64,000 nt of DNA from an uncultured Candidatus Rokubacteria bacterium (GTDB taxonomy: Bacteria; Methylomirabilota; Methylomirabilia; Rokubacteriales; DASRDR01), in contig CAWGVS010000007.1 of NCBI GenBank assembly GCA_963826115.1, positions 96,001 through 160,000 of the forward strand. The letters are read 5' to 3'. Both the position numbers and the translations under genes were made by a program. Below, in pieces: positions 18,856 to 26,800 of the stretch. The first letter of the stretch is position 1. Each line of letters begins with the position of its first letter. The notes under the pieces were generated by a model. That model had not been told where the DNA came from and did no database searches. It saw only the letters and a list, made by a program, of their open reading frames with translations.

Positions 18856-19871
18856 TCCGCGTGGCCGTGGCCGGCGCCGGCCACTGGGGTCCCAATTTCG
18901 TCCGAAACTTCCAGAGCCCGCCGCGTGCCGAGGTGCGCTGGGTCGTGGACCACGATCCGGCCCGGCTCGCGGAGGTCCAGGCGCGCTTCCCGGGCATCCG
19001 CCTGGATCGTGACCTCGGGCGGGCACTGGCGGACCCGGAGGTGGACGCGGTCGTCGTGGCAACCCCGACCGCCACGCACTTCCCCCTCGCGTGCGCGGCG
19101 CTGGAGGCCGGGAAGCACGTGCTCGTCGAGAAGCCGATCGCGACGACCATGCGCCAGGCAGAGGCGCTCGTCGAGCTGGCCGACCGGAACCGGCGGGTGC
19201 TGCTGGTGGGCCACGTCTTCCTCTACAACGAGGGAGTGCGACGGGTGAAGCAGTACATCGACGAGAACGCCCTCGGGCGCGTCTACTACATCTCCATGGT
19301 GCGGACGAACCTGGGACCCATCCGCCCCGATGTCAACGCCGCCTGGGACCTGGGATCTCACGACGTCTCCATCGCGTACTACTGGCTGGGCCAGCTCCCC
19401 GTCAGCGTGACGGCGGTTGGGGGCACGTGGATCAACCTCGGCCTCGAGGATGCGGTGTTCGCGACGCTCCGGTATCCCGACGGTGTGCTGGTGAACCTCC
19501 ATCTCTCCTGGCTGAATCCCCGCAAGGTGCGGGACGTGACCGTGGTCGGCGAGAAACAGATGCTCACGCTGGACGACATGAACCTCACTGAACCCATCCG
19601 GCTCTACGACAAGCGCGTCGCCGGTGAGCAGGCTCACCCAGGCTACGTCGACACCTTCGCGCAGTTCCGTGCTAGCGTGCGCGACGGCGACATCACGATC
19701 CCCAAGGTGTCGCTCGGCGAGCCGTTGCGTAACGAGTGCGACGACTTCCTAGGCTGCATCGAGAGCGGCCGGCGCCCGGTCGCAGGGGGAGCCGTGGGGA
19801 CCGCGGTCGTGCGAACCCTGGAGGCGATCGCCCGCTCGATGCGGCAGGGTGGCGCGGAGGAGGCCGTGTGA
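18852..19871 (+). CDS. Gfo/Idh/MocA oxidoreductase (WbpB/WlbA-like sugar 3-dehydrogenase)
   Basis: GAGHWG Rossmann motif, GKHVLVEKP, WDLGSHD; ATG 18852 overlaps GT2 stop. Confidence 0.9.
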   Translation: MIRVAVAGAGHWGPNFVRNFQSPPRAEVRWVVDHDPARLAEVQARFPGIRLDRDLGRALADPEVDAVVVATPTATHFPLACAALEAGKHVLVEKPIATTMRQAEALVELADRNRRVLLVGHVFLYNEGVRRVKQYIDENALGRVYYISMVRTNLGPIRPDVNAAWDLGSHDVSIAYYWLGQLPVSVTAVGGTWINLGLEDAVFATLRYPDGVLVNLHLSWLNPRKVRDVTVVGEKQMLTLDDMNLTEPIRLYDKRVAGEQAHPGYVDTFAQFRASVRDGDITIPKVSLGEPLRNECDDFLGCIESGRRPVAGGAVGTAVVRTLEAIARSMRQGGAEEAV

Positions 19872-19873
19872 GC

Positions 19874-20989
19874 ATGTCGAGGGTTCCCCTCTGCGACCTC
19901 GCCGCGCAGCATGAAGAGGTGGCATCGGAGATCCGGGAAGGGTTCGATCGCGTGTTCGGGCGAAGCGCTTTCATCGGTGGACTCGAGGTGGCGGAGTTCG
20001 AGGCCGCGTTCGCCCGGTTCGCAGGTGTCCCGCACTGCGTCGGAGTCGGCAACGGAACCGATGCGCTGGAGCTCGCCCTGCGCGCCGTCGACGTGCGCCC
20101 CGGCGACGACGTGCTTCTGCCCGCGAACACGTTCGTGGCGACCGCGATGGCGGTCGTGCGCTGCGGGGCCCGCCCGGTTCTGGCCGATGTCGATCCGGAC
20201 CATCTCTTGCTGGACGTGGCCAAGGCAGCGGCGCGGATCACTCCGGCAACCCGCGCCATCGTTCCCGTTCACCTCTTCGGCCAGCTCGCTCCCATGGAGC
20301 ACGTGCTCGCCCTGGCCCGGACGCGAGACCTCGTCGTGGTCGAGGATGCCGCCCAGGTGCACGGTGCCCGCCGCAACGGGCTGCACGCCGGCCAGTTCGG
20401 CGCCGCGGCCTCGACGAGCTTCTATCCGGGGAAGAACCTCGGCGCCGCCGGCGATGCCGGCGCCGTCCTCACGACGTCCGACCAGGTGGCCGCCCGGATT
20501 CGGGCGATCCGCAATCACGGGGGGGAGCGGTCGTACGAGCACGACGTGCTCGGGTTCAACTCGCGACTGGACACGTTGCAGGCGATCGTGCTGTCGGCCA
20601 AGCTCGCGCACCTCGCCCGGTGGAATAACTGCCGACGCGAAGCGGCCCAGCGCTACGACGCCCTCCTCGAGGAGCTGCCGGAGGTGGTGCGCCCCCGGAT
20701 ACTCGCGGGCAACGAGCACGTCTTCCACCTCTACGTCATCCGGCTGCCCCGCCGGGACCGAGTTCTCGCGCGTCTCGAGGCGGCCGGAGTGGGCGCGAAG
20801 GTGCACTACCCGACGCCTCTTCACCTGGTCCCCGCGCTCCGCGGGCTCGGGTACGCGCGGGGCGATTTTCCGGTCAGCGAGCGCGCGGCTCAGGAGATGA
20901 TCTCGTTGCCGATCTACCCTCACATCACGCCGCGGCAACAGGAGCACGTGGTCAGCGTCCTGCGGCGCGCTCTGGGCGAGCCAGTCTGA
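19874..20989 (+). CDS. DegT/DnrJ/EryC1/StrS PLP-dependent sugar aminotransferase
   Basis: GNGTDAL, PVHLFGQ, EDAAQ, SFYPGKNLGAAGDAG, NSRLDTLQA. Confidence 0.93.
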   Translation: MSRVPLCDLAAQHEEVASEIREGFDRVFGRSAFIGGLEVAEFEAAFARFAGVPHCVGVGNGTDALELALRAVDVRPGDDVLLPANTFVATAMAVVRCGARPVLADVDPDHLLLDVAKAAARITPATRAIVPVHLFGQLAPMEHVLALARTRDLVVVEDAAQVHGARRNGLHAGQFGAAASTSFYPGKNLGAAGDAGAVLTTSDQVAARIRAIRNHGGERSYEHDVLGFNSRLDTLQAIVLSAKLAHLARWNNCRREAAQRYDALLEELPEVVRPRILAGNEHVFHLYVIRLPRRDRVLARLEAAGVGAKVHYPTPLHLVPALRGLGYARGDFPVSERAAQEMISLPIYPHITPRQQEHVVSVLRRALGEPV

Positions 20990-21066
20990 CACCGATGCGC
21001 CCGCGGGCGAACGGGGCTCGTGCTTCGAGTCGGCGCTCCAGTCTCGCGCGGGCGCGCCGCTCGTCA

Positions 21067-21729
21067 GTGGCCGCCCCGTCGACCGCACGGTCGCTGTTCG
21101 TGCATCCCCAGGCGCTCTGCGAGAGCAAGGACGTCGGTCCGGGTACGCGGGTGTGGGCGTTCGCCCACGTCATGGCGGGTGCCCGCGTGGGAGCGGGCTG
21201 CAACCTCGGCGACCACGTGTTCGTGGAAACGGGAGCGTGGATCGGCGACCGGGTGACGGTCAAGAACCAAGTCCTCGTGTGGGACCGGGTCACGCTGGAG
21301 GATGAGGTGTTCGTCGGCCCGGGCGTCGTCTTCACGAACGATCTGCGGCCGCGCGTGCGCTTTCGGACGCCTCCGGAGGATTTCCTGCCCACCCGGGTCG
21401 AGCGGGGTGCGTCGATTGGCGCGAATGCCACGATTCGGTGCGGGGTGACGGTGGGGGCGAACGCGTTCGTGGCGGCCGGCGGGGTGGTGATCCGCGACGT
21501 TCCGCCCCACGCCCTCGTGGCGGGCAACCCCGCCCGCCAGATCGGTTGGGTGTGCGAGTGCGCCGAGCGGCTCGGGTCGGGTCTCGCGTGCCGCTGCGGC
21601 CGGCGGTACCGGCCCGCGGCGGCCGGCGTGGCCGGCCTCGTCCTCGACGGCCGAGGTGCCGGGCGGTCCGTGCGGCGGCGCGCCGGCGGCAGGCGTGGGA
21701 ACCGGAGAGAGGCCGGCCCGCCACCTTGA
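21067..21729 (+). CDS. Hexapeptide-repeat sugar N-acyltransferase (WbpD/WxcM-like)
   Basis: FVHPQALCE..VG.GTRVWAFAHV, VFTND, GASIGANATI, GNPARQIGWVCEC; start uncertain (20995 or 21067). Confidence 0.88.
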   Translation: MAAPSTARSLFVHPQALCESKDVGPGTRVWAFAHVMAGARVGAGCNLGDHVFVETGAWIGDRVTVKNQVLVWDRVTLEDEVFVGPGVVFTNDLRPRVRFRTPPEDFLPTRVERGASIGANATIRCGVTVGANAFVAAGGVVIRDVPPHALVAGNPARQIGWVCECAERLGSGLACRCGRRYRPAAAGVAGLVLDGRGAGRSVRRRAGGRRGNRREAGPPP

Positions 21730-21752
21730 CACGATCGCGCCGACCTTCAATT

Positions 21753-21916
21753 CTGCGGAGCGCCACGCAGATCTGGGACGCGGGCCGGGCGGGCTTCTTC
21801 GGCTACTGCGTTGGCTGCCGTCTGCCCGGCGGCCCCGTGCCGTAGCGCGAACCGAACCACACGGGGGCCACGGGGCGGACGGACGGGCCCACCACCCGTG
21901 GCCCCTTTTGCTTGTT
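21753..21916 (+). promoter_or_regulatory. Putative leader-peptide transcription attenuator (aromatic-codon leader, antiterminator and terminator)
   Basis: Leader frame LRSATQIWDAGRAGFFGYCVGCRLPGGPVP* (stop at 21845); GGCCCCGTG (21831-39) can pair with CACGGGGGCC (21860-69), which overlaps the terminator arm. Confidence 0.6.
21864..21916 (+). terminator. Intrinsic (Rho-independent) terminator
   Basis: GGGGCCACGGG (21864-74) / CCCGTGGCCCC (21895-905) perfect 11-bp stem followed by TTTTGCTTGTT. Confidence 0.8.
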
Positions 21917-22011
21917 CGGCACGCGCCGGGTTCGGACCGCCGGGAGGGACGCGAGAGCTCGGCGCCCCGGCGACCCAGCCGTACGGCACGTATCCGATCG
22001 GACGGGGCCCT

Positions 22012-22040
22012 TTGACACCGCCGCGCCCCTCCCGCACGAT
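22012..22040 (+). promoter_or_regulatory. Possible sigma70 promoter for the PhyH gene
   Basis: TTGACA-17 nt-CACGAT. Confidence 0.45.
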
Positions 22041-22088
22041 CGAGGTCGTGAGCGGCCCGGCGGACTCTCGCCGGCCGAGGGAGCGGAC

Positions 22089-23252
22089 ATGGCCGAGCGG
22101 GCGACGATCGCGGAGCTCTCCGCCGAGGCCCACGCCTCGGCGATGGTCGACTACATGCGCGAGGGCGAGGCGCGTGCCCTCGCGCTCGGCAACCGGGGCC
22201 CGCTGCGCTTCGAGGCGGACGGCACGGTGCATCGCGACATCCTCGAGGCCTACTGGCGCGCGGGCTTCTACGTCCTCGAAGGCGTCATCGACGCGGAGGA
22301 GCTCGGGGAGCTCCGGGCCGACGTCGAGCGTGTCGTGGCCGGCGCGCCGGTCGAGCCGGGCGCGGCGATCGACGCGCGCGGGCGGCCGGCCATCGGAGCG
22401 GGGCTCGCGCGCCCCTCGTTCAGCTTCGCCCGGCCGCTCAGCGATCCGCTCGGCGGCACCGGCCGCTACCAGGGCCGGCACCCGGTCAAGATGCAGGAGC
22501 CGACGCCGACGGCGGGCGCGCCGGAACGCACCGTCGAGCTCCTTCTCGGCCACCTCCAGATCATGGACTCGTGCCTCCGCCTCTACGGCCATCCCGGGCT
22601 CCTCACCCTCGCGGAGGCCGTGAACGGCCCCGACTTCGTGCCGTTCAACGAGGTGGTCTTCATGAAGGAGGCCGGCCTCGGCGTCTCGGTCGCCTGGCAC
22701 CGGGACGGGACCACGCACTGGGCGAGCCCCGCGTTCCATCCCGGCTCCCACGGCTTCAACTTCATGGCGCAGCTCTACGGCAGCACGCCCGGCAACGGCG
22801 TGTGGGCGCTGCCCGGCAGTCACGTCCACCGCGAGGTCGACGTCCCGGCGCTGGTCGAGGAGAGCGGGTCCGAGCGCATCCGGCACGCGGTGCCGATGGT
22901 GTCCGGTCCCGGCGACGTGATCATCTCGAACCGCCAGCTGGTCCACGGCTCGTTCGCCAACACGTCTCCCGACCGGCGGGTCACCGTCAACTTCGGGTTC
23001 CTGCCCCGGGCCTCCGTGCTGAACGTCACCGCGACCCAGCTCGACGGCCGCGTGGAGACCTACGACGCCGCCCGCGTCCACCGGCGCTCGCGGATGATCG
23101 CCGTCGCCATCGACGCCCGGCACCGGCGCTTCCCGCGGGAGCGGCGCTACGTCTACCAGCCGCTTCGGGGCGAGGAGGACGCGAACCGCTTCACCGAGGC
23201 CGTCCGCGAGAGCGTCGTCCGGAACTACAACCTGCTGGACGTCCACATCTAG
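22089..23252 (+). CDS. Phytanoyl-CoA dioxygenase (PhyH) family Fe(II)/2-oxoglutarate dioxygenase
   Basis: RBS GAGGGAG, GFYVLEGVI, WHRDG (HxD), LPGSH, VHGSFAN.SPDRR. Confidence 0.9.
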   Translation: MAERATIAELSAEAHASAMVDYMREGEARALALGNRGPLRFEADGTVHRDILEAYWRAGFYVLEGVIDAEELGELRADVERVVAGAPVEPGAAIDARGRPAIGAGLARPSFSFARPLSDPLGGTGRYQGRHPVKMQEPTPTAGAPERTVELLLGHLQIMDSCLRLYGHPGLLTLAEAVNGPDFVPFNEVVFMKEAGLGVSVAWHRDGTTHWASPAFHPGSHGFNFMAQLYGSTPGNGVWALPGSHVHREVDVPALVEESGSERIRHAVPMVSGPGDVIISNRQLVHGSFANTSPDRRVTVNFGFLPRASVLNVTATQLDGRVETYDAARVHRRSRMIAVAIDARHRRFPRERRYVYQPLRGEEDANRFTEAVRESVVRNYNLLDVHI

Positions 23253-23330
23253 CAGCGCCAGGGCGGCGGTGATGGCGGCGCTCCCGGGCGCATCCGGGCC
23301 GCGGGCGGCGGTGGCCCGACCGACCGAGCG

Positions 23331-24419
23331 TCAGGAGCGGGACCGCCGCCCCAGCACGCGGCGGAGGCCGGCGCCCGGGACGGCGGCGAGCGAGCCGAGG
23401 TGCCAGACCGCCTGGAGATGCCGCGGGAACGTGAGCGCCGCCCGGGCGAGGCCGCCGGGCGCGGAGCGCCGGTGGTTGCACCAGTACACGAGCGCCCACG
23501 GCCGCCGCCGGTCGCGCACGCTCCACCGCTGCTCGAAGCGCTCGATCCGCGACACGGGGGCCGACGCGAGGGCGGCGAGCGCGTCCGCGGGGATCGGGGC
23601 GTCGAAGGCCGTCCGGAGGTACTCGAGCTGGAGCCGCATGCGGAGGACGAAGCGGCGGCGCGCGGATTCGGCGACGAGCCGGTCCCAGCGGACCCGACCG
23701 CGCCGGATGAGCGTGACGGCGTCGGCAATCCAGCGGATCCCCGGCACCCGCACCCACTTCTCGGCGTGCACGCACGCGTGGAGCAGCTGGTCCTCCGCGG
23801 CCGGGACGCGCGTCGACGCGCCCCCGAGCGCGACGGGCACCGAGGCGGCCCAGAGCGGCTCGTCGTCGTCGGGCCGGCAGCACTCCTCGAACACGTGCCA
23901 GTGGAGATCGACGGCCACGTTGTGGGCGTGCCGGAACGAGACCGAGTGCGTGAAGCGCGTCACGGTCGGCGTGAGCGGCGCGTCGGCCGTGAAGCCCTGC
24001 GTCTCCAGCACCCGGGCGGCGGCCGCCGCCCGATCGAGCGGCACCAGGACGTCGAGGTCGGTCATCGGACGCTCCCCGGGATCGGCGTAGCCGTCGACCA
24101 GGAGGGCCGGCCCCTTGAGGAGCAGGGTCGGGATCCCCGCGGCGCGGAATGGCTCGAGCACCTGCGGAAGCTGGGCGACGAGACGGGCGTTGGCGTCTCG
24201 CGCGGCGAGGTACCGGGACGCGAGCGCCTCCACCTCGACCCCGTGGCGCCGGAGATGGCTCCAGACGAGCGGCAGGAGGCGGGCAGCGCCGCGATCGAGC
24301 GCGGCGAGGTCGAGGGCCGGGGCGATCTCGCGCCAGGCCGCGATCGCCGCCGGTCCCGGACAGAGCCCGGCGCGGAGGAGGAGCGTCTGGCGCGTGTCGG
24401 GCCAGAGCCGACCCGTCAC
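23331..24419 (-). CDS. Nucleotidyltransferase family protein (NTP_transf_5-like)
   Basis: LLLKGPAL, RPMTDLDVLVP, VDLHW, RWIADA; GTG start 24419. Confidence 0.85.
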   Translation of the reverse strand: MTGRLWPDTRQTLLLRAGLCPGPAAIAAWREIAPALDLAALDRGAARLLPLVWSHLRRHGVEVEALASRYLAARDANARLVAQLPQVLEPFRAAGIPTLLLKGPALLVDGYADPGERPMTDLDVLVPLDRAAAAARVLETQGFTADAPLTPTVTRFTHSVSFRHAHNVAVDLHWHVFEECCRPDDDEPLWAASVPVALGGASTRVPAAEDQLLHACVHAEKWVRVPGIRWIADAVTLIRRGRVRWDRLVAESARRRFVLRMRLQLEYLRTAFDAPIPADALAALASAPVSRIERFEQRWSVRDRRRPWALVYWCNHRRSAPGGLARAALTFPRHLQAVWHLGSLAAVPGAGLRRVLGRRSRS

Positions 24420-24523
24420 AGCGCCTCGAGCAAGGTCCGCGGCCGCGCGCCGCCGTCGAGAAGCCGGCGGAGGTGGACGAGCGCCGTGGCGCGGTCGCAC
24501 TGCGCGTGACTGAAGGTCTTCAC
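24416..24523 (-). CDS. Small hypothetical peptide (35 aa) coupled to the nucleotidyltransferase
   Basis: GAGG RBS-like site, GTG start, MKTFSHAQCDRATALVHLRRLLDGGARPRTLLEAL; TGA overlaps the downstream GTG. Confidence 0.35.
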   Translation of the reverse strand: MKTFSHAQCDRATALVHLRRLLDGGARPRTLLEAL

Positions 24524-24727
24524 CGTGCGTGCCTCGTCATGCCGGGGTGCGCTCGCGCGCTTCATTCTGTCACACAGTAGACCGGAGGCGCGCGCACGCG
24601 GCGCACGCTGCCAGGGCGCGCAACTCCGCCTCACGCGCCGGACAGCCCCGGCCAACCTCGCGGGACGGGCGTTGATCGCGCTGGCCGCGACGGAGCGCCG
24701 TCGCCGGCCGTAGACGGGGCGTATCCC

Positions 24728-25132
24728 TCAGGGCGCCCATCCGTCGAGGCCGAAGGCATGCGGAATGTGCCGCACCGCCGTGACAGCGCCCGCCTCGTCC
24801 AGCGCGACGCCGACCACGTCGAAGCGGCAGGCCGGCTCGCCGAGCCGGTGCGTCGCGAGGTACCCGAGCGCGAGCCGGCCGAGGCGGAGGCGCTTCCGGG
24901 TGTCCACCGCCGCCTCGGGCGGCTCGGCGGCCGGGCCGCGGCGCGTCTTCACCTCGACGAACACGAGCGTCGACCCGTCGCGGGCGACGAGGTCGATCTC
25001 GCCGAGCCGCGACCGGAGGTTCCGCGCGACGATCACGAGGCCGCGGCGCTTCAGGTACCGCACCGCCGCGGCCTCGCCGGCCTGGCCGAGGGCCCGCGTC
25101 GAAGGCGAGACCCGCGCCTTCCACCACCGCAT
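24728..25132 (-). CDS. yraN: YraN family endonuclease (UPF0102)
   Basis: LGQAGE, RNLRSRLGEIDLVA, LVFVEVKTR, CRFDVV, HIPHAF. Confidence 0.93.
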   Translation of the reverse strand: MRWWKARVSPSTRALGQAGEAAAVRYLKRRGLVIVARNLRSRLGEIDLVARDGSTLVFVEVKTRRGPAAEPPEAAVDTRKRLRLGRLALGYLATHRLGEPACRFDVVGVALDEAGAVTAVRHIPHAFGLDGWAP

Positions 25133-25168
25133 GCCGGCTCCTGTGCAAGGAACCGACCAGGGCGGCGG

Positions 25169-25846
25169 TCAGGACCGGGGCGCGCCCTCCAGGATCCGCA
25201 CCACCTCGACGTAGCCGCGCGCGCGGGCGTGAGCGAGCGGCGTCAGGCCCTGCCGGTCGGCGAGGTCGACGCGCGCCCGCGCGTCGACGAGGATCCGAAC
25301 GACGGCCACGTGGCGCGGCCCGCCGTCGCCCAGGATCACGGCCTCCAGGAGCGCCGTCCAGCCGAGATTGTTGACGTGGTCGAGCGGCGCGCCCGCGTCC
25401 ACGAGGACCCGCACGACGTCCACGTGGCCGAGGTGCGCCGCGGCGATGAGGGCCGTGCCGTCGTAGGGGCTCGTCACGTTGCGCGGGCTCGCGCCGAGCT
25501 GGAGGACGAGCCGGAGCGTCGGGACGTCGCCCCGCACGGCCGCGATCGTGACCACGTCGTAGCGCTGCGCCTCGAGGGCATTCGGGTCCGCCCCGCCCGC
25601 CACCAGCGCCGTGAGCGCGTCCGTCTGAGCCCCGAACGCGGCGACGTGGAGCGGGGTCCGCCCGCGACCGTCCCGCGCGGCTGGATCCGTGCCGGCCGCG
25701 AGGAGCCGTCGGATCTCCGGCGCATCGCCACGAGCGGCCGCGGCGTGGAGCCCCGTGTAGGCGCGCAGCTCGTCCGGACCCGGCGGCGTTTGCGCGGACC
25801 CGGCGCGCGCGACGAGGAGCGCCGCGACCCCGGCCAGGGCCCACAT
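25169..25846 (-). CDS. Secreted ankyrin repeat protein
   Basis: Signal peptide; GRTPLHVAA, GTALIAAAHLGH, GWTALLEA, GLTPLAHA repeats. Confidence 0.9.
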   Translation of the reverse strand: MWALAGVAALLVARAGSAQTPPGPDELRAYTGLHAAAARGDAPEIRRLLAAGTDPAARDGRGRTPLHVAAFGAQTDALTALVAGGADPNALEAQRYDVVTIAAVRGDVPTLRLVLQLGASPRNVTSPYDGTALIAAAHLGHVDVVRVLVDAGAPLDHVNNLGWTALLEAVILGDGGPRHVAVVRILVDARARVDLADRQGLTPLAHARARGYVEVVRILEGAPRS

Positions 25847-25887
25847 CGTTGCGCGGCGACGCACCGCTCGACCTGCGGGCGCCGGGG

Positions 25888-26799
25888 TCAGTCCGCGGCG
25901 ACCGAGGGCAGCTCCACCCCCGCCAGCGGGTCGGACTCCGGGTGGTAGTACATCCACTCCACGGCGCCCTCGGCGACGGTGCGATTCAGCGCGCGGGCCT
26001 GGCGCTCGCCCAGGTCGCGCACGATCTCGCCCGCGGGCGCGTGGCGCGCCACGATCAGGGCGTGGCGGGCATCGAGGGGGACCCGAACCTCCCGCGCGGA
26101 GCCGAGGCCGACCTGGTAGACCTTCGCGGCGTCCGACGGCGCCCAGCGCACGACCGGCGTGTCGCTCGTGAGAAGCACGGGCGCGGGGAAGCGGACGAGC
26201 TGCCACGTGCGGGCCGCCAGCTGGCGCGCGAGGGCAGGCATCGCGGCAAGCGAGCGGCCCACGCGCGGCTGGCCCGGGAGGGTCACGTCGGGCGGCCGCG
26301 GGGGGATCGCCGCCGGCGCGGCCTCGAGCTCGGGGTCGGCCGCGGCCGCGCCTTCGCTCCCGGACCCGGACTGCTCGTCGTCGGCGTCGTCCTCGTCGGC
26401 CTCGGCCTCCTCGATGGTCGTCATGATGAGCTGGCCGACCAGCGCGGCCGCCCGGCCGGCCTCGGCCCGGTGGTTGCGCCCGAGGAGGAGCTGGACCGCG
26501 AGGACCAGAGCGAGGCTCGCGCGGTCGCCGGCCGATGGCGGGAACTCTCCGCCAATGATCCGCCGCGCCACGTCGGCAGCCCGCGCCTCCGCCTCGGCGA
26601 GAAGCTGCGCGAGGGCCGCTGCGTCGGCGCGCTCCGCCGGCACCTCGTAGCCGCCGAGCTCCGCCACCGCGGCGTCCACCGTCACGAGCCGGCGGCGCGT
26701 GCGGTCCCGTCGCTCGGCCATGAGCTGGCCCGCACCGTCGGCGAAGCCGCGGAGCAGGAAGCGCGGCACGAGGGGACGCTCCAGCGCGAGCGGGCTCAT
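25888..26799 (-). CDS. DUF4238-like protein (degenerate N-terminal motif)
   Basis: VPRFLLRGFA near the N-terminus and LLTSDTPVV...PLDARHAL...ALNRTVA in the C-terminal half, as in DUF4238; acidic linker. Confidence 0.65.
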   Translation of the reverse strand: MSPLALERPLVPRFLLRGFADGAGQLMAERRDRTRRRLVTVDAAVAELGGYEVPAERADAAALAQLLAEAEARAADVARRIIGGEFPPSAGDRASLALVLAVQLLLGRNHRAEAGRAAALVGQLIMTTIEEAEADEDDADDEQSGSGSEGAAAADPELEAAPAAIPPRPPDVTLPGQPRVGRSLAAMPALARQLAARTWQLVRFPAPVLLTSDTPVVRWAPSDAAKVYQVGLGSAREVRVPLDARHALIVARHAPAGEIVRDLGERQARALNRTVAEGAVEWMYYHPESDPLAGVELPSVAAD

Positions 26800-26800
26800 C

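Noticed and set aside
21790-21825. GFFGYCVGC resembling the DUF4395 C-terminal motif
   Set aside because: No upstream transmembrane coding region in frame; the RNA-structure context explains the segment better, although a gene remnant is not strictly excluded.
24416-24523. Small ORF as a lasso peptide precursor
   Set aside because: No YxxP leader or Thr(-2)/Gly core pattern, and no lasso cyclase, peptidase or RRE gene in the window.
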